Shown: positions 59,080-64,000 of the stretch, one piece after another
How the letters are laid out: the number at the start of each line of letters is the position of its first letter
Numbering within the stretch: the stretch's first letter is position 1
Source: the human T2T-CHM13v2.0 reference genome, Homo sapiens
Direction: 5' to 3' (one strand)
Assembly (NCBI RefSeq): GCF_009914755.1
Contig: NC_060936.1
DNA length: 64,000 nucleotides
Notes under the pieces: model-generated
Told to the model about the DNA's origin: nothing
What the model saw: only the letters and a program-made list of their open reading frames with translations
Databases searched by the model: none
Made by a program: the position numbers and the translations under genes

Positions 59080-59772
59080 TTTTACCATTTTGACAATTTA
59101 TAAGTGTAAAATTTAGTGGCATCAAGGACATCCACAATGTTGTACAACCACCACCACTATCCACTTCCAGAGCATTTTCATTATCCCAACCAGAAGCTTT
59201 GTACTCACTAAACACTCATTCCCCATCTCCCCTCCCCAACCCCTGATAAACACTATTCTACTTTCTGTATCTGTGTATTTGCCTATTCTAGGTACCTCAT
59301 ATAAGTAGAATCATACAATATTGTCCTTTTGTGTCTGACTTCTTTCATTTAAAATGTTTTCAAGGTTCATCCATGGTTCATTCAATACTTGGCAAATATT
59401 ATTTGGCCATAAAGAGGAATGGAATGCTGACACATATTGTTTGATGGAACCAAACAGTATGGCATATGAACAGACCACGTTCTGTTTATCCACTCATCAA
59501 CTGCTGGACACTTGAGTTGTTTCCACCTTTTGGCCGCTGAGAACAGCACTACTATGAACATTAAGCTACAAGTATCTGTTCAAGTCCCTGCTTTCAAGTC
59601 TCTTGGGTATAGACCTAGAACTAGGTGTGGAACTACTATGTCATATGGGAATTTTGTGTTTAACCACTTGAGGAACCACCAAATTGTCTTCCACAGCAGC
59701 TGCAACCATTTGACATTCCCACCAGTAACACACGAGGGTTTCAATTTCTCCACATCCTCACCAATACTTGCC
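59080..59772 (-). mobile_element. L1MB-type fragment with internal micro-inversion
   Basis: Typical L1MB 3' region; segment 59375-59451 lies in the opposite orientation. Confidence 0.85.
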
Positions 59773-60339
59773 AAACCTGAAATTTTAGAGGCAGGGAAGA
59801 GGCAAGTCCCATAAGAGCCCCAGATATGGCTCCATGGCAAATCCCTGCCATCTGCCTACTTCATTCCTGCCATTGTGTACAGAGCAGCAGAAAGAAGAAT
59901 GCTGGCTGTAGAGTCAGGAAAATCCAATTCTAGTTCCAGCTCTGGTGTCTGCTGGCTGTGTGACCCTGAACAAATACATTGATCACTCAGAGCCTCAATT
60001 ATGTCCACTGTGGGAATGAAGCCAATGCACCAAAGTCACTTCCCACCACAGGCAGGGCTGTGAATCTGATGCCAATGGAAGAGAGAGAATTTGAGTATTT
60101 TCTTAAACTCTGTGGGATGATAGTAGGTGGTGGGAAGAAGAGACTGTTTCGATCTCCCTTGATAAATCTTCCATGATAATGTTTGGAAAGGACTAGAATA
60201 CTTTTCCCTTCAACCTCCTCCTCTTTCCCTGCCTTCAAATGGAGAATCCAAAATACAGGAAAAAGTAGAAACATGAGGAATGTGGAAAAAATATCCAGAT
60301 GAACTACCGAAGGCAATCTTAGCATCACAATTATTAATG

Positions 60340-60376
60340 AACACACACACACACACACACACAGACACACACACGC
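60340..60376 (+). repeat. (CA)n microsatellite
   Basis: acacacac...agacacacacacg. Confidence 0.95.
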
Positions 60377-60428
60377 TCCTCCCTCACTGTACACGAAAAA
60401 GTTTGCTCAAATCTCTATGTCCCCAGAT

Positions 60429-60528
60429 CCATGTTGGCCAGACTAATCTTGAACTCCTGACCTCAGGTGATACGCCCACCTTGGCCTCCCAAGTGCTGAG
60501 ATTACAGGCGTGAGCCACCGCATCCGGC
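60429..60528 (-). mobile_element. Alu left-arm fragment without 3' part or tail
   Basis: ccatgttggccag...ccaccgcatccggcc only. Confidence 0.85.
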
Positions 60529-60623
60529 CCCAGCCTCATTACTCTGAAAAACATAGAGACTGAGGGATAGGCAAAGATTTCAACAATATAAGGAATATCT
60601 CCAACCAGGAGCTACTTTATCCA

Positions 60624-60882
60624 TTTTTTTTTTAGATCGAGTCTCGCTCTGTTGCCCAGGCTGGAGTGCAGAGGCGTGATCTTGGCTCACTGCAACCTCC
60701 GCCTCTGGTTCAAGCTATTCTCCTGCCTCAGTCTCCCAAGTAGCTGGGACTACAGACGCGTGCCACCACGCCCACCTAATTTTTTGTATTTTTAGTAGAG
60801 ACAGGGTTTTACCATGTTAGCCAAGATGGTCGCGATCTTCTGACCTTGCGATCTGCCCACCTTGGCCTCCCAAAGTGCTGGG
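60624..60882 (-). mobile_element. AluS(c), slightly 5'-truncated
   Basis: Ends at cccaaagtgctggg. Confidence 0.9.
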
Positions 60883-61899
60883 GTCTGCCAAGCCCGGTGA
60901 CCACCCCTGAGCCATATGACCAGGTAAGAGCACACCCAGGACATTGGTGATGTGATGGAAACCACCACTCCACACCTCCTGCAAGAGTCTGCGGCGGTGT
61001 CACCCACAGGGTCCTGGACAAATGGGCTTCGCATGAGTCAGTGCCAGGAAGCCCTCCAGGCACAACCGTTCTTGCACACACAAATGCCTCCTTCAAACCA
61101 GGCTGCAGGGAGGCTCCTCTCAAGCCTTGAAAACATGAAGTGTTCCTTCTTGGGTGCGCCCAGGACAGGTTTTCCCACTTACAAGGGAAAAAAAAAAGGT
61201 TTTACAAAATGCTTAGATTCCAAGGTTAAGTAGGCTTTTGAGCCTACTTAACTCCAAAAGCCTATTTAACTCCAAAATAGGCCCGTTGTGTGGTGAACTG
61301 TCAAAAGCAGCACTTTAACATAAAGCTCAGGGCCAGGTGGCCTAAATTTGAATCTGTTAGCCATGGGACCTTGAGGAAATAAGGCCTCTGCGGGACTCAG
61401 TTTTCTCATCTGTACAACAGAGCTGACTACAGAGGGTTGTTGTGGGATGAAGTGAGGCTCTGATATTCAGTAAGTTCCCCAACAAGCACAGGTGCTGTAG
61501 CTGGTGGGCCTAGCAGGAGAAAGCTCAGAAATTCAGCTGCACGATAGATCATGTTTTGTTGGTGGGCTAGCCTGGGAACCTAACCATGTGGACAGACATT
61601 CTCATGGAAAGCAGCCTTTCGCAGTGCCCACTCTGTGTCAGCTGGAAACGCCCCACACCAGCCAGCACTTTACACATGCTGAATTAAATGTGGCCACACC
61701 CAGTCTAGGAGACCACAAAGGCAGAAGTCAAGCAAAGACGTCCAGGGTGAAGGTGGGATCCTTCCCGGTGGCAGGAACAAACCTGCAGCCTATAGGTAGG
61801 TTCAGGTTCCATTTTTTTAAAAAAGCAAAAATAAAACATGTTTATAGCTAGGAATAATGTACTTTCATTTTAAATATTTTTAAACCATTTGACGTTTTA

Positions 61900-62500
61900 A
61901 AAATTTTACTGTGATAACCATAGTAACATATGACCCCCCCCCTTAACAAAACTTAAGTGTAAAATATGTTATTGTTGACTATAAGTACAATGTTGTATAG
62001 CAGATCTCTAGAGCTTATTCATCTCACTTGACTAAAACATTATGCCTGTAGATTACTAACTCCCCATTGCTTCCTCCCCTCAGACCTGGCAACCACCATT
62101 CCACTCTCTGAGTCTATGAATTTGACTACTCTAGGTACCTTGTATAAGTGAGATCATGCAGTATTTGCGTTTCTGTGACTGTTCTATTTCATGTAACATA
62201 ATGTCCTAAACGTTCATCCATGTTATTCCACGTGGCAGGATTTCCTTTTTTGTTTGGTTTTTTAGAGACGGCGTCTCGCTACGCTGCCCAGGCTGGAGTG
62301 CAGTAGCTATTAACAGGCGAGATCATAGCACACCATAGCCCCAAACTCCTGAGCTCAAGTGATCCTCCCAAGTAGCTGCAACTGCAAGCCCGTGCCACCC
62401 TACCCATTTTGGGATTTCCTTCTTTTTCATGGCTGAATAATATTTTGTTGAATGTATATACCACATTTTCTTTACCCATTCATCAGTTGATGGACATTTT
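61900..62500 (-). mobile_element. L1MA/MB 3' fragment with nested FAM (62252-62406)
   Basis: gcagatctctagagcttattcatc...; the monomer keeps 7SL-like gtagctattaacaggcgagatc; TSD ggatttcctt. Confidence 0.8.
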
Positions 62501-62568
62501 TTAATTATTTGGTTTTTTAATTTATCTTTGTTAATTTCCCATGAACATACATTACTTAAAATTTTTTT

Positions 62569-62960
<392 letters not shown>

Positions 62961-63165
62961 TCAGTCTCAATCCCTGTGGCCTTCAATAAATCAACCCCTC
63001 GGCCTCAGCTTATCTTCCATGTAATCTAGAACACAGCTCACAAGATTAAGAGTATGATTATTTACCATATTACAGCTAATTCACAAATGGCCTTAAAATT
63101 CTCAAAGCATGTTGAATGCAACTCCTCCTTAGTCACCCAGCCCTAAGTTAATAATTAAGCACTTG

Positions 63166-63460
63166 GCCAGGCATGGTGGCTCACACCTGTAATCCCAGCA
63201 TTTTGGGAGGCTGAGGTGGGTGGATCACGAGGTCAGGAGATTGACACCATCCTGGCTAATGCAGTGAAACCCCGTCTCTACTAAAAATACAAAAAATTAG
63301 CCAGGCATGGTGGCAGGCGCCTGTAGTCCCAGCTATTCAGGAGGCTGAGGCAGAAGAATCGCTTGAACTCAGGAGGCAGGGATTGCAGTGAGCCGAGATT
63401 GTGCCACTGCACTCTGGCCAGATAGAGCGAGACTCCGTCTCAAAAAAAATAATAATAATA
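63166..63460 (+). mobile_element. AluSc/Y with (TAA)n tail
   Basis: TSD taataattaagc. Confidence 0.9.
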
Positions 63461-64000
63461 ATTAAGCCCCCTTAATTGGTGAATATGGAAATGTACAGAA
63501 CAGCGTCATAGGCACCACAGCACACAAAATTGACCCTGGCCTGATAATGGATTTCCTAAGTCACTTGCTCATGGAGCACTTCCACATCGAAAGTTAATTA
63601 GCCTAATGAGGGCAAGTGTGACTTCGTGAATGCCAGACTGACTTTCCGCTCTGAGCCAGCCACCCAGGCGGCTGCCCATGTCATCCTCCTGGATTCATTT
63701 CCTGGAGCACCAAAGAGGCGGACCAAGGGGACAGAACTACAGGAGGCTATGTGTCTCGTGCCTTCCCTACCACTATCTGTTAGGAGTCAGCACACATTCT
63801 GAAGGCCACCAAGAGCCAGGACACATACCTGCCACCTTTTCCTGGAGCTGGCCCCAGAACCTCTTCAGGAAAGGGGGCCCTCTGGCAGATAGAATCACAG
63901 GTGAGCCCCTCTGGCTCCTTCCAGATCATGGAAGGCCGAGGTGGGCAGAAGAAGGCTGTGCCCTACCAACCCTCATACTCATGACTGATGAATACCTGCT

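Overview
Primate (almost certainly human/hominoid) genomic DNA that is repeat-rich and looks almost entirely intronic. It carries about 40 Alu/FLAM/FRAM/FAM elements (very dense from about 48 kb on), old L1M, L2, MIR, MLT1 and MER fragments, one short L1PA insertion and a complete solo LTR7 (HERV-H). None of the six-frame ORFs is a credible protein-coding gene; they come from repeats, microsatellites or GC-rich sequence. Paired splice signals suggest the 5' part of a minus-strand gene: a 104-nt exon at 36927-37030, a GC-rich promoter/alternative exon around 4336-4800, and a 179-nt exon at 2116-2294. From memory the 104-nt exon and layout resemble the 5' UTR of PITPNM2; this is unverified. I cannot support a new multi-gene biological system. 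The best leads are alternative exons with acylation-type (MGGCC / MGCxxS) starts, an LTR7 with an extra 51-bp SOX-motif repeat, an inverted Alu pair with a 6-bp spacer, paired CA/UG tracts beside an exon, and two small template-switch scars. Repeat boundaries and subfamily calls were made by eye and are approximate.
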